NCBI GenBank assembly: GCA_003427395.1
Contig: BFEA01000041.1
Span: 805,690-868,714, forward strand
Source: Chara braunii
Lineage: Eukaryota; Plantae; Charophyceae
Length of the DNA: 63,025 bases
Reading direction: 5' to 3'
Every line of letters begins with the position of its first letter. The stretch's first letter is position 1. Positions 28,400-40,088 of the stretch are shown here, in pieces. The notes below the pieces were generated by a model. The model made no database searches. It was not told where the DNA came from and saw nothing but the letters and a program-made list of their open reading frames with translations. Position numbers and translations under genes: made by a program.

Positions 28400-29150
28400 C
28401 AGGGTCACCAGCCCGTACGTACGAAGGTCCCGGGCAGACCTCCGTACATACGGGCGTTCGGGGTTTCGTACGGGGTTCGAACCGGACGGTGTTCGGCCCC
28501 CGCCAAAAAATGTTTTGGGGCCTTAAAATAATTTTTTTTTTCTGAATTGTTTTTTGTGAGTTCTCTATCACGTGCGGTACATGCCTGTAAATTTTCACGT
28601 CATTTGGCTAAGCCAACTAAGAATTAAAAATCGCCAAAGATGGCGGTGTCAAAATGCGCTCGCCCACGTATTTTTTCACTTTTTACTTTTTGTTTTCACT
28701 TTAGTTTGGGGTCTAAACAATTTTATTATTTTTTGAAATGTTTTTAGTGGATTTTTTATTATGTGAAGTACATATCTGTAAATTTTCAGGGCATTTATCT
28801 AAGCCAAAAAAACATGAAAAATCTCCAAAGATGGGGGTGTCGAAAACATGCACGCGCACTCACTAAACTTAATTCTCTTTTTATTTTTATTTATTTTTAT
28901 TATTATTATTTTTTTATTATTTTTTTTTGATTTTTAATTTGGTAAGGAATTCGGCTGTAATGCTCAGGCAAATCTTGTTTAATTTAGTTTTCTCCATAAC
29001 ATATCTTTTTTTCAGATTTTTTTGATGATTTGTTTTTTTTTTTTTTTGGTCCGCGTTCGGCCCGAACGGTCGAACGCACCCCCAAGGGGTCTCATACGTT
29101 CGGGCGTTCGGGTTCGGCCGTTCGGCCCATCTCGAATGCCGAATACCCTG
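28400..29150. mobile_element. hAT-like CAGGG element nested, inverted, inside a relative
   Basis: Perfect 8-bp TSD TATATATG (28392-28399, 29151-29158), single in the paralog at ~53168. Reverse-complement homolog of 53831-54582. Confidence 0.88.
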
Positions 29151-29348
29151 TATATATGTGTATCTTACATAATAGAGAACCTATAAATAAGGTTTGAAAA
29201 AATAATATTTTTTCATGCCGCCAAATAAAGGGAAAAAAAAAAGTGATTTTTTTTTTTTGTGAGTGAAGAAAAAAAATAATAATTAGTGAGTGGGCAAGCA
29301 AGTTTTGACACCACCATTTTTGTCGGTTTTCATTATTTTTTGGATTAA

Positions 29349-30097
29349 ACCATTAGTACCTCCGAGCCTGTTTTTGCCGACCCTGAATTTCGCTGCGCTC
29401 CGAGTTTGCCTACCTTGGGTACCACTCCATTTTCTTTCTGGTACTCTTACGGAAAAAACACACACGAGAAAAGAAGAAGAAAAGTTGTGGTTGTGAAACT
29501 TAAAAAGAAAAAAAAAGAAAAATGAAACTAAGCGTTGGTCGTGATTGCAATTATATACATTTGTGGAAATGTTAGTATGAGTGTGCCCTCAGTGAGGGCA
29601 TCTCAGCCCCTTGGCCAGATTGTGAGATTCGAAAAAGAAAGAAAAAAAAATCGGGCATATGGATCCGACCGTGAAAATGGTTGGATACATTCCTCTAAGT
29701 GCCAGTGCGATGAGCCTTACAATCATCTGACGAAACACAGCTTGAGAAGATCACGAACAACTTAAGCAGATTACGGATTTCGTCCAGCCTCGTTGGCAGA
29801 GGACTCGTAAGAAACGCACAACAAAGAAAAAAAAGAAAACAGTAACACTCAGAATGTGACCGCCTTACCTGTAAGGTGCATTCTGTGGAGGAAGACGATG
29901 AGCACGACCTCCTATACTGCCTTGCTCGACATCATTGCAGTAGAGAAAACATTTTTTTCTTTCCCCGTTTCCTTTCACTCGCGGACACTATAAAACTCAG
30001 ATTTATGGGACATTGCTGACCATGTGTCCCACTCCCGATTTCTTCGGGAACTGGCAAAACCTCGTAATTTCTCGACAATGGCGGAGGTATTAGTGGT
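29349..30097. mobile_element. TIR element flanked by TTAA (piggyBac/Kolobok-like, or TA-duplicating)
   Basis: TTAA-ACCATTAGTACCTCCG ... CGGAGGTATTAGTGGT-TTAA (14/16 TIR match). Removal restores the host hAT sequence. Confidence 0.8.
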
Positions 30098-32151
30098 TTA
30101 ACAAAATGCCTTCAAAATTAAGAGGAAAATACCTTACATTACAAAGAACTCACAAAAAAACTGCAGAAACAAATAATAATATTTAGGTGTCAAAATATTT
30201 TTTTGCGGGGTCCAAACCCCTTATGGTTTGGGCCCTGTACGGGGACCCGAACGCCCGAGCGTTCGGGGGTCAGCTTAGGGGCCTCCGTACGTTCGGCCTG
30301 GCAACCCTGCTTGCAAGGGTATTCGCGCCGATAGCGTCCAGAGCTCAGTGGAAAAGTCCTACCAGTAGTGTTTTTTTTTATTATGAAAAAAAAACTACAC
30401 TACGTTTTTCTCTCAAATTCTTTTTACCTTTCACTACCTTCCTACCCCTACTCCTAAGACTATATAGAGGGGACCCCTGCAAGCATAGGGCCTAGCAAAC
30501 GAGGTAAATCATGTTGCCCCCCGCCCCAAGAGCAGTAGTCAGAGATGGGGTGGGGCCGCTGGTGGGGGTCCGGCTAACGCAAAGACCGAGCATTTTTCCA
30601 GTAGCTGCGCCTCCCTTTCTCATCGTCCCCCACCCCTCATCGGGTAGCAGCAGAGGATATGGCCAACAGTCTCCCACACACCACACATAACCCACTCGCG
30701 CTCCTCCCTTTCTCATCATCCCCCACCCCTCATCGGGTAGAAGCAGAGGATATGCCCAACAGTCTCCCACACACCGCACACAACCCACTTGCGCTCACAC
30801 TCAGACCGTGTTGGTCATAGACCCCCCTAATACAGATCAGGGGTATCCAGAGGACTATCACAGTCCTTCGGCACTAAGTGCGCCGCAGGCAGTGCCGTGC
30901 AAAAACGAAGGGCCTCGCTCCACTACTCTCCACAAAAAATATGGTGGTGTCATTTTGTTACATTTGGAGAGCAATGGGGCGAGTCCCAAGCGGAAGGGTA
31001 CAGAAAAGAAGGAAAGAAACAAAAAGCAAAAAAAAGGGAGGGGTACAGGTTGCTGGGTGTTTCTGTCCGTTTGCTAGTGGGACCATGCTCCTGTACTGGA
31101 CACACCGTGGAGAGACGAAAAACGTGATGTGAAATTAAAAACAAAAACAAAAAGTGTCAAAAACAAAACACGTGATGAAGGACTTGCACGGGGGACACTG
31201 TGGAGAGACGCAGTAGAGAGACAAAGGGCCTCGCTGCACCACTCTCGACATGCAAAAATCATGGTCGTGTATCTTTCCATAATTCTAGCGGAAGATTCAC
31301 TCTCGTTTTGCACATTTCGAGAGTATACTGCAGCCCCGGGGGGTCTTTAGAAAAATAAAATAAAATATTAGAAAAATAAAATAAAAAGAAACACCAGCGG
31401 GCGGTCCTGTACGTCTAGGAAAGTCCTATGTGAGTATGCCCTCACTTGGTACACCCATAAACTGTTAAAATGTACAGCTACAAAAAAAAAAAAAAAAAAA
31501 AAAAGTACAGCTACAGCTGCGTTCGAATCCAGTGGAACCAAAAAGAAAACACAAAGAAAGAACAGGGGAAAAAACCCATAAAAGGCAAGGTAGTTTGCTC
31601 GCCACTGAAAAAAAAACAAAACAAAACAGGATACAATAAAAGGCAAGCTCAGAAAAAAACGCATTTTCAGATTTTCGGTAGATTGATTTTGTGCTGGGGT
31701 ACGCGAATTTCCACCGCCCATCGTTTTTCGTTTTTGTTTTTTTGAGCGCTGACCTTGCTCGTTGTTATCGACGAATTTCTGAAAATTTTGAATGCGGAGA
31801 TTTGTCGCGCGGCAGCGTGTGCGTCGACGGGCCGGCGGGAGGGAACAGGCAGCACGAGGAGTGGGTGACACGTGGCGGGGCGTGGTGCGACGTCGTGAGG
31901 AGGAAAGGGGGGAGGGGGAGGGGGAGGGGGAGGTGGTGGGGGTTGGGTAGGATGTGGCTGTCGAACAGGGGGAGTAGTGGGCGGGCACGGTGAGTGGGTA
32001 GGTGGCGCACGGCTGCGTAGGGTAGAGCAGAGCGACGTCTCTGCACACATGTGGTAGGGTTACCTGGCAAGAGCCTTCAGACCGACGACGTTTCGTAGCC
32101 TGCACGTAGAGCCGTCTCATGACCATCGTCATCTGGTGAGTTTTCAACTGC

Positions 32152-32844
32152 GTCTTCTTCCTCTTCTTTCTTCCTCCTCTTCCTTCTTCTTCTTCTTCTT
32201 CTTCTTCTTCTTCCTTCTTCTTTCTTTCTTTCTTCTTCTTCTTCTTCTTCTTCTTCCTTCTTCCTTCCTCCTCCTTCCTTCTTCCTTTTTCCTCTTCTTC
32301 TTCTTCTTCTTCTTCTTCTTCTTCTTCTTCTTTCTTCCTTCTTGTGCTTTCTTCCTTCTTCTTCTTCTTCTTTCTTCCTTCTTCTTCTTCTTGTTACCCT
32401 TGTTCTTGTCCTCCTCCTTCTCCTCTGCATGAACGGGGAAGATTGTCGTCTTCGTCTTGATGATCGTAATCATCATGGTCAATCCATCATCACAATGTTT
32501 GTCGTGAGCATCATGGTGGATATGGTGCTCGTCGTCGTCGTCGTCTTCGTCGTCTTCGTCGTCTGCTGCTTCTTCCACCCCGTTCCTCATGAACGGGTGG
32601 GCATTGTCATCATCATCGTCGTCGTCGTATTCAGCACCGCTATTAGCATTAGCATATGCCTCACTGTGATTCATCATCACTATGTTTATGATCAGGATCG
32701 GATGACTATGTTGCCCTTCTTCTTCTTCCTTCTTCTTCCCTTTCTTCTTCTTCCTTCTTCTTCCCTCTTCCTTCTTCTTCTTCTTCTTCTTCTTCTTCTT
32801 CTTCTTCTTCTTCTTCTTCTGCCTCCTTCGTCATGAATAGGTAA

Positions 32845-32884
<40 letters not shown>

Positions 32885-33261
32885 TTGATATTCATCATTA
32901 TGATCAATCATCACAAAGTCCATCGTGAGCATCACGGTGACTATGTAGCTTCTTCTTCTTCTTTTCCACCTCCTCCTCCTCACTCCTTCCTCATGAATAG
33001 GCAACATTCCCATCGTCATCATTATCATTCCCATCATCATCATCCTTACCATTCCCATCATCATCATCATCATTATCATTCCCATCATCATTCTTATCAT
33101 TCCCCTCCTCCTCCTCCTCCTCCTCCTCATCATCAATATCATCATCGTAGTCATCAACGTGATCCATCCTTCTTCTTCTCCGCCTACCTCCTTCCCCCGG
33201 AACCGGCATCATTGCCACCACTACGTGATTATGAATGATAATGACGAAGACGATGAGGATG

Positions 33262-33298
<37 letters not shown>
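32152..33298. repeat. Compound microsatellite (CTT)n/(CAT)n/(CCT)n/(GAT)n
   Basis: Direct inspection. Confidence 0.95.
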
Positions 33299-33299
<1 letters not shown>

Positions 33300-33359
33300 T
33301 ATCGCTCGTCTGCTTCTCTACTTTTCTATTTCTTCCCCTTGTTCTCTCCCCCAAGCTCA

Positions 33360-33548
33360 AATTCCCGCCTGCCCTTTCGCTGCCAGGCGCAAATCCCCGC
33401 ATGCCCTTTCTCTCTCAGGCGCAAATCCCCCGCATGCCCTTTCTCTCCGCGGCGCAAGCGCAAATCCCCCGCATGCCCTTTCTCTCCTCGGCGCAAGCGC
33501 AAATCTCCCGCATGCCCTTTCTCTCCCCGGCGCAAGCGCAAATCCCTG
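33360..33548. repeat. ~33-bp minisatellite, 5-6 units
   Basis: GCGCAAATCCCCCGCATGCCCTTTCTCTCC..GGCGCAA units. Confidence 0.9.
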
Positions 33549-33939
33549 GAGCTAATTAACTTAGTGACGGTTGATGACTGCTGCTGCAGCTTTCACGACA
33601 TCAACGGGGCTGTGTGACCTTTTTTTTTTTTTTTTTTTTTTTTTTAACACAATTCCGGCCGGGATCTAGTAGAGGGGGGGGGTGACCGGACTGTCTGGCT
33701 TGGCTTTTGCTTCAGAATCTGGCTGAAATTTCGGTCACATACGTGATGCACGCGATAGATGATGAACACCGTGCATCATCGCAATAAAACTGGTGGGGGG
33801 GCGACGACGACGACATACACAGTGAAGGCGGCAACACTTTTTGGACAGAATCTGGCCGTAATTTCGGCCATATACGTACCAAAAAAAAAAAGACGCCATC
33901 CGGGGAACAAGGAACCGGTGTAGGTTTTCAGGGTCTACG

Positions 33940-34058
33940 CTGCCGTCTTCCCCCCGGAACATAACGCACTATTCATTTCATTCTGAATGCATACAAGCCA
34001 TGTTTTTGGTTGGATACAGTCGTAATGAGGGTGCGTTGTGTTCGGGGGAAGACGGTAG
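33940..34058. mobile_element. IS630/Tc1/pogo-like MITE
   Basis: CCGTCTTCCCCC(C)GGAACATAACGCAC ... GTGCGTTGTGTTCGGGGGAAGACGG-TA-G. A degenerate second copy follows, ending at ~34199. Confidence 0.75.
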
Positions 34059-34337
34059 GAAAAGGGTAGGGTAGGTCTTAGATCGGATTTTTGAACCGAA
34101 AAGTACGCCCGGTCATTATATCTGTGTATCTGGACTGGAAGCTGGTTCAAATACACAGCTGTTGATGACCGCGCGTTCTAATCGGGTTGGAAAAAGTAGT
34201 CTAGGTATGTGTGACGTTTGTTGTTATCTTTTTATTTATGCTTTTTTTTTTTTTTTTTTTTTTTTTTGGCGCCGTCTGGGGTTCACAGACCCCAAAATTA
34301 AGAAGGCGCCCCGCCCCGTTTGTTTGACGATTAGCCG

Positions 34338-34435
34338 GGCCCAAGTCCCACTTACGCTGATCTTTCATTCTTGGCCGTCGATCTATCCTAATCTATGGTC
34401 GGAAATTGAGATTTGGGGTAAGTGGGACTTGGCCC
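34338..34435. mobile_element. Tourist/Harbinger-like MITE with CCG target duplication
   Basis: TIR GGCCCAAGTCCCACTTAC / GTAAGTGGGACTTGGCCC. CCG on both flanks (34335-34337, 34436-34438). Confidence 0.7.
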
Positions 34436-35016
34436 CCGGTCCAGGGTTCCATTCCCCGTGAGCTAAAAATTTGGGTGAAAAAAAAAAAAAAAAAAAAAAA
34501 AAAAACCCTGGGTAATGCTCCCAGAACGTTTTCTTCCCCCTCCCCCTCCTGGTACTAGAGCTTGTGAGGATCCCGACTTCAACATTTGATGAGAAATTGA
34601 AAGCAAATTAAGTCATATGTTTTCGGGGAAAAAAAAACGGGAAAAAAAAAAGAAATGAAAAGAAAAGAAAATAAAGAGAAGAAGAAAAGAAAGGAAAGAA
34701 CAAAAAAGAAAAGAAACAAAAAAAGAAAAGAAAAAAATGGAAAAGAAAAAAAAAGAAAAGAAAAAAACAATCCTCCTGTGCATGTGCCCTTTGATCTTGG
34801 TCTTTTTTCTTTTTAATTTTTTTTGATCGGTCATTTCAGGATCAAGGGAAAGAAAACAAAAAAGAGATAAAAGGAAAAAAAAAAAAAGAATTCTACGTGG
34901 GATATCATCATTGAACTGATTGCCCCAGGTAATTCAGAATTTATTTGTTCAGGTCATCTGGTCGCCTCTGGCTTCGATCTCGGGTCTGTATTTCAAACAG
35001 AGATTTTTTTTTTTTT

Positions 35017-35135
35017 TAGCTCAGTTGGTACACCTAGAGTTAGTGTGAGGTGAAATTGAGAGAAGAGTATAGCTTTTCAAAAAAAAAAAAAAAAAAAGAA
35101 TCCTCTGTTCGATTATGGGTGTACCAACTGAGCTA
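35017..35135. repeat. Small inverted-repeat element (MITE-like)
   Basis: Perfect 18-bp IR TAGCTCAGTTGGTACACC / GGTGTACCAACTGAGCTA, flanked by poly(T) and poly(A). Confidence 0.6.
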
Positions 35136-35474
35136 AAAAAAAAAATAAAGAAAAAGAAAAAAGGACGCTCTGTGGGAGATGGCTGTCAGGCAGAGTTTAC
35201 AAGAGTCAGGACTAAAGGGGAGGCATGTCTCGAAAACTTGGGGTACTTGCCAGAATGCCTCTGAATGCACTTGGATGGCTTCTTGTCCCGATTCAGGTCA
35301 ACGCACTTGGACAGCTGCACGTCTAGATGCAATGTGACGGAGGCATATTGGGCAAGAGGCTTTCCATCAGGAACACCTGCAAGTGGTGAAGGATGTTAAC
35401 CTAGGGCATACTAACACTTCCCGCCTGTAATGACCATATTAGTTTTTTTTTATGTATATATGTGACGATATATA

Positions 35475-35720
35475 TCGTCAACCCGAGCTGCCCGGTAAAC
35501 CGTAGGCAGAGTGGGAGGGGGAGAAGAGGACAACAAACGAGAGGGGCTGTGACAAACTGTTTCGTCGGAGTTTCACCTACCTACTCATCAGGAGGAGGCT
35601 GAACCCTAAAAAACAGTCTGCAGAATCCCCTAACTGATTACATTAGACTGTAAGTGATAATCCACCTTAACCCCGGCTGTGGTTAACCATCAACGACTGG
35701 CCGGCAACGGATACCCTGAG
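35475..35720 (-). mobile_element. (TA)n-targeted hammerhead-carrying retroelement, copy A
   Basis: Reverse complement aligns with 53642-53820 over ~190 nt. Flanked by TA repeats. Confidence 0.8.
35553..35620 (-). ncRNA. Type III hammerhead ribozyme, core intact, stem I disrupted
   Basis: Minus strand reads CAGACTGT-TTTTTAGGGTTCAGCCTCCTC-CTGATGA-GTAGGTAGGTGAAACTCCGAC-GAA-ACAGTTTG. Confidence 0.7.
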
Positions 35721-35839
35721 GTATATATAAATATAATATATATGACGATATATGTTCTGTTTGACGATATATATATATCATCGCATGAATATGAGAGCGC
35801 AAAAGCGAAAAAAAGAAGAAAGAAGAAAGGATTCGTTTT

Positions 35840-36480
35840 TTTATATCTTCTTCCTTGCAACTCCACCTGTTCAGAACCTCTTGCGTACAAGGCCGCCCAC
35901 GTGGATGTAGGTTGAGCGGCGGCTGCGCCCAACCCCGTGTGTCATATGGACCCACTTGCACACAGCCAGAAGGCAAAGAGGCAAAGAAAAGAGGAACAGC
36001 CAAATAATACAGAACAGGGGGCAACAAAACAAATCCCAGATGACACGTCCCACATGCAAGCACCGCCCCAACTCACAGGCCAAACGACGGGACGAGACCA
36101 ACCAGGATATCAAAACATTCTTGTCTGCAAAGAAAGCGAAAAGAAAGGCTCCGATCCCACTGTGACAACCAAAAAGAAAGAGAAGACAATCCCGGATGAC
36201 GATTCTCACATATATTACCGGGCAGTTCTGTTTGTGACGATATATAGGGGCGGTGCTTGCATGTGGGACTTGTCATCTGGGATCTGTTTTGTTGCCCCCT
36301 GTTCTGTATTATTTGGCTGTTCCCTTCCTCTTTTCTTTGCCTCTTTGCCTTTTGGCTGTGTGCAAGTGGGTCGATATGACACACGGGGGTGGGGGCAGCA
36401 GCCACTCAACCTACATCCACGTGGGTGGCCTTGTACGCAAGAGGTTCTGAACAGGGGGAGTTATAAGGAAGAAGATAAAA
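35840..36480. repeat. Long inverted repeat (foldback), ~230-bp arms, ~180-bp spacer
   Basis: 35840-36069 is a close reverse complement of 36247-36480. Weaker symmetry extends to about 35765 and 36575. Confidence 0.9.
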
Positions 36481-36893
36481 AACTGAATTCATTTTTTTCT
36501 GTTTTTCTTCCTTTTTTTCTTTCTCTTTTTTTCGCATTTGCGTTCTGATATTGTTGTGACTATATATATATCGTGATACATATATGTATATACATGCTGA
36601 TATGTGTATATGTATACATATAGTCTGTTTGACGATATATATGAGTCCTTCGGGACATGTGTTAATATTAGAACGATACCCAAAAAAAAAAAAAGAACGA
36701 TACAGCGAAGGGTAATTGGCAAAATGGCCCCCTGCGCATTCACGGATGACACGCATAAATTGGGGAAAGAATGATTGACCGAAAAAAAAAAAAAAAAAAA
36801 AAAAACCGAGGAGAAGGTGTGAGGTGGGGATGGAATGGAGAGGAGGACAGCGGGGAGGCTGCTGCTATGGCTGCCCACTGCTGCCGCTGCTTC

Positions 36894-37795
36894 CTACCGT
36901 CTTCACCTGAATAGAACACACGGTCATTATATGTGCTGTATTTGGCACAATTTTCGGTCCAGATGCAGTGATAATGACAGGGCGTTCTAATCGGGTGGGT
37001 GAGGACGGGAGCAACTGTTCTTGCTGATGCAGTTTGTGACAGATCGACATCATGGCATCAGGTCCTTTTTTTTTCTTTTTTTTTTTAATACGTGAGGTCC
37101 AATTTGAGCTCTTTGGTGCAAAAGAAAGAAAGAAGAACAAACAAAAAGGGTCCAATTTGACCTCTTTGGTAAAAAAAAAAAAAAAAAAAAAGGCATCAGG
37201 TCTGGTACCAGCTCCAGGTCCAATTTGATCTCTTTGGTGCAAAAGAAAGAAAGAAAGAAAGAAAAAATGAAAAAATCAGGTCCAATTTGATCTCTTTGGT
37301 ACCAAAAAAAAAAAAAAAGGCATACAGGTCCAGTACCAACTCGACCGAGGTCCAATTTGATCTCTTTGGTACCCGAAAAAAAAGGAAAAAAAAGGGCATC
37401 AGGTCCATTACCAACCGCACTTAAATTCTGCATGGCTGCAGGTAGTACTACCTTCTTCCCCCGAATACAACGTACGGTCATTATAGCTGTATTTAGACTG
37501 AAAGATACCCCAAATTCAGCTATAATGACCGTACGTTGTATTCGGGGGAAGACTGTAGACCTTCATTGCTTGTTGGAGGTACAGCGCATGCTGCTGGTAC
37601 AGCACCTAAGTGCAGTTGGTACTGGACCTGATGCCATGATGTCGATACATCACAAACTGCATGAGCAAGAGCAGTTGCTACCGTCTTCACCCACCCGAAT
37701 AGAACGCCCCGTCATTATCGCTGCATCTGGACCGAAAATTGTGCCAAATGCATCACATATAATGACCGGGCGTTCTATTCGGGTGAGAAGGGTAG
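36894..37795. repeat. Compound foldback built from three pogo-like MITEs
   Basis: 36894-37065 is the reverse complement of 37624-37795, each arm containing a MITE. Central near-perfect hairpin MITE at 37448-37558. A-rich GGTCCAATTTGATCTCTTTGGT repeats at 37095-37370. Confidence 0.85.
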
Positions 37796-38194
37796 GGAGC
37801 ACCTGCACAGGTCCTGCACATGCTGCTGGTCCAGCACCTGCAGGACCATCAGATGTGCCAACTACAGCTATAATGTCCGGGCGGCGGGCGTTCTATTTGG
37901 CTGAGGAGGGTATGCAGCTGGGCCAGTACCTGCAGGACCGTCAGCTGTGCCAACTACAGCACATATAATGACCGGGCGTTCTATTCGGGTGCGGAGGGTA
38001 GGGAGCACCTGCAGGTCCTGCATATGCTGCCGGTGCAGTACCTACAGGATTATCAGCTGTGCCGGTTCCTGCAGCATGTGCAGGTCCAGCACCAACTGCA
38101 ATCATGGCTGCTCCGCTTCTGCGGCTACTGCTGCAGCTGCACGTACTTCAGCAGCAGAAGCATCGGGTTCAACAGTTGCATCTGCACCGGCATA

Positions 38195-38309
38195 CTACCC
38201 CCTCCAGCCTAACACAACCTACGGTTACTATAGGTGTATTTGGGGCGGGCAGCTTCGAATCTAGATACAGGAAAAATGACCGTCCGTTGTATTGGGGTGA
38301 AGACGGTAG
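38195..38309. mobile_element. IS630/Tc1/pogo-like MITE (degenerate)
   Basis: C-TA-CCCCCTCC ... GGTGAAGACGG-TA-G, with the family's internal motifs. Confidence 0.6.
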
Positions 38310-38889
38310 CATTACCCTGCTGCTGCGGATGCCGCGGCCCGAAGCAACTGCTCCACGCACGTTGCATCAGCGCCTGCACCTGCACATCCTGCTGCATGCC
38401 CTCAGATCAGGTGCTGTTAGCATGGTCCCTGTGCTAGGATGAGGAGACGTACATGGGATCCATTTTACATTTTCGCATCTTCTTTCTTTTCTTTTCTTTT
38501 CTTTTCTTTTTTTTTCACTTCTCGTTGCCTGCCTAGTAGTAGTACTCTTTGCAAGTGGGAAATAGAGAACCTTTGCAGCATATCTGACTCCAGAGAGAGG
38601 GGGGGGGGGTAAGGGGGGCAGAATCAGGATATCTGACTCCATGGGGAGGGGGGCGGAATCCGGGGAAGGGGGTGCGGGAATGCTGCCAAATCGAGTCCAG
38701 ATTCTCACAACCTTCCTCCCGCCTGGTTCGGCTCGTTTCTTGCACACGGGCCATGCTCTTATCTTTCCTTCTCTGTATGGAAAACGAGGAGAACCAAGGG
38801 CCATCCTTGTGCAGGAGCCATGCTTACAACCGTCCTCCCGCCTTCTTCTCCTCATTCTTCTTCCCTCGTCTTCGCTCTTGAGACTCGAG

Positions 38890-39309
38890 GTAACAGTTGC
38901 GGTATTATCATAGGGACGTTAAGCCAATCCAGTAGGGATACATCAGTGGTGGAATGCTGGGAGGTTACCAGGATGGTTATTCCTGTCGCAGTGTAGCTGG
39001 TGCTCCCCATGTCCATGCTGCTGAGCAGCACCTGCGGTCCAGATGTATGGTGCCTGCATACCCCCGAAGTTGAATGGAGTGATTAATCAATTGATTGAGC
39101 GACCGATCAATCAATTGAGTTGATTGAACGAGTGATTGGGTGAATGTTCCAGTGAGCGATCGAGTTAGTGAATGAGCGAGTTAGTGAATGAGCGAGTTAG
39201 TGAATGAGCGAGTGAGTGAGTGAACGAGTGAGTGAGTGAGTGAGTGTGATCCGTAAGTCTTCTGCCTGCAATACCATCGACGTTGGATCAATTGATCCAT
39301 ATGGATAGA

Positions 39310-39346
<37 letters not shown>

Positions 39347-40080
39347 GTTGGTTGGTTGGTTGGTTGGTTGGTTGGTTGATTGGTTGATTGATTGATTGAT
39401 TGATTGACTGACTGATTGGCTGGGCATTGACTGTGATCCGTAAGTCTGCTGCCTGCAATACCATCGATGTTGGATCGATTGATCTATATGGATGGATATT
39501 GATTGATTGATTGATTGATTGGTTGGTTGGTTGGTTGGTTGGTTGGTTGGTTGGTTGATTGGTTGATTGTTTGTTTGATTGTTTGTTTGTTTGATTGATT
39601 GATTATTGATTGATTGATTGATTGATTGACTGACTGACTGACTGATCGACTGATCGACTAATCGGCTGGATATTGACTGGGCATTGACTTGACATTGATC
39701 GAACATTGATTGGTTGGTTGGTTGGCAAAATGAATGCCGGTTTCATATTTATCCATTGATTACATACCCATTCCTTCGTTCATTAATTTGTTGTTTGCGT
39801 GAATGTCTGTCATCGTCAACTGCTCCTGCTGTAGCAGCGGTTGTGGTTGTTGCCATTCCTGAAGCAACTGTTCTTGTTGTAGCAGCTGATTGATTAGTGC
39901 TGTCACTCCGTCTTCCCTGTCTTCTTCTTCCTCCTCTCCTCTTAGGCAACTTATTTCTTCCCCCCCCCCCCCCCTCACGTTGTTTCTCTCTCTTGCGATT
40001 CTTTTGATTGATCTGCAGACTCGTTTTCATTTCTCCTTACCAGGCCGTGATCGTATCTCTGTCTCTCTCCGTGTACGCAG
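38890..40080 (+). other. Putative 5'-UTR intron of the MuDR-domain gene
   Basis: Candidate donor GAG|GTAACA at 38890. Pyrimidine tract plus CGCAG|G acceptor at 40080, 8 nt before ATG 40089. Interior is (GATT)n/(GGTT)n/(GAGT)n. The donor is less certain than the acceptor. Confidence 0.45.
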
Positions 40081-40088
40081 GTGCCATT

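Larger units (their letters stand above)
28043..30309. mobile_element. Non-autonomous hAT-like element (CAGGG TIR family) hosting two nested insertions
   Basis: TIRs CAGGGTCGCC / GGCAACCCTG. 8-bp TSD CTTGTAAG (28035-28042) / CTTGCAAG (30310-30317). Uninterrupted paralog at 52757-53558. Confidence 0.85.

Noticed and set aside
32077-33617. Poly-R/K/E/D/H ORFs on both strands
   Set aside because: Translations of trinucleotide microsatellites and a minisatellite.
35017-35034. tRNA A-box (TAGCTCAGTTGGTA)
   Set aside because: No cloverleaf follows; the motif is one arm of an inverted repeat.
37095-37370. CRISPR-like array (GGTCCAATTTGATCTCTTTGGT repeats); likewise 3715-3870, 5280-5452 and 33360-33548
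   Set aside because: Spacers are poly(A) or copies of each other, lengths are irregular, the context is eukaryotic and there are no cas genes.
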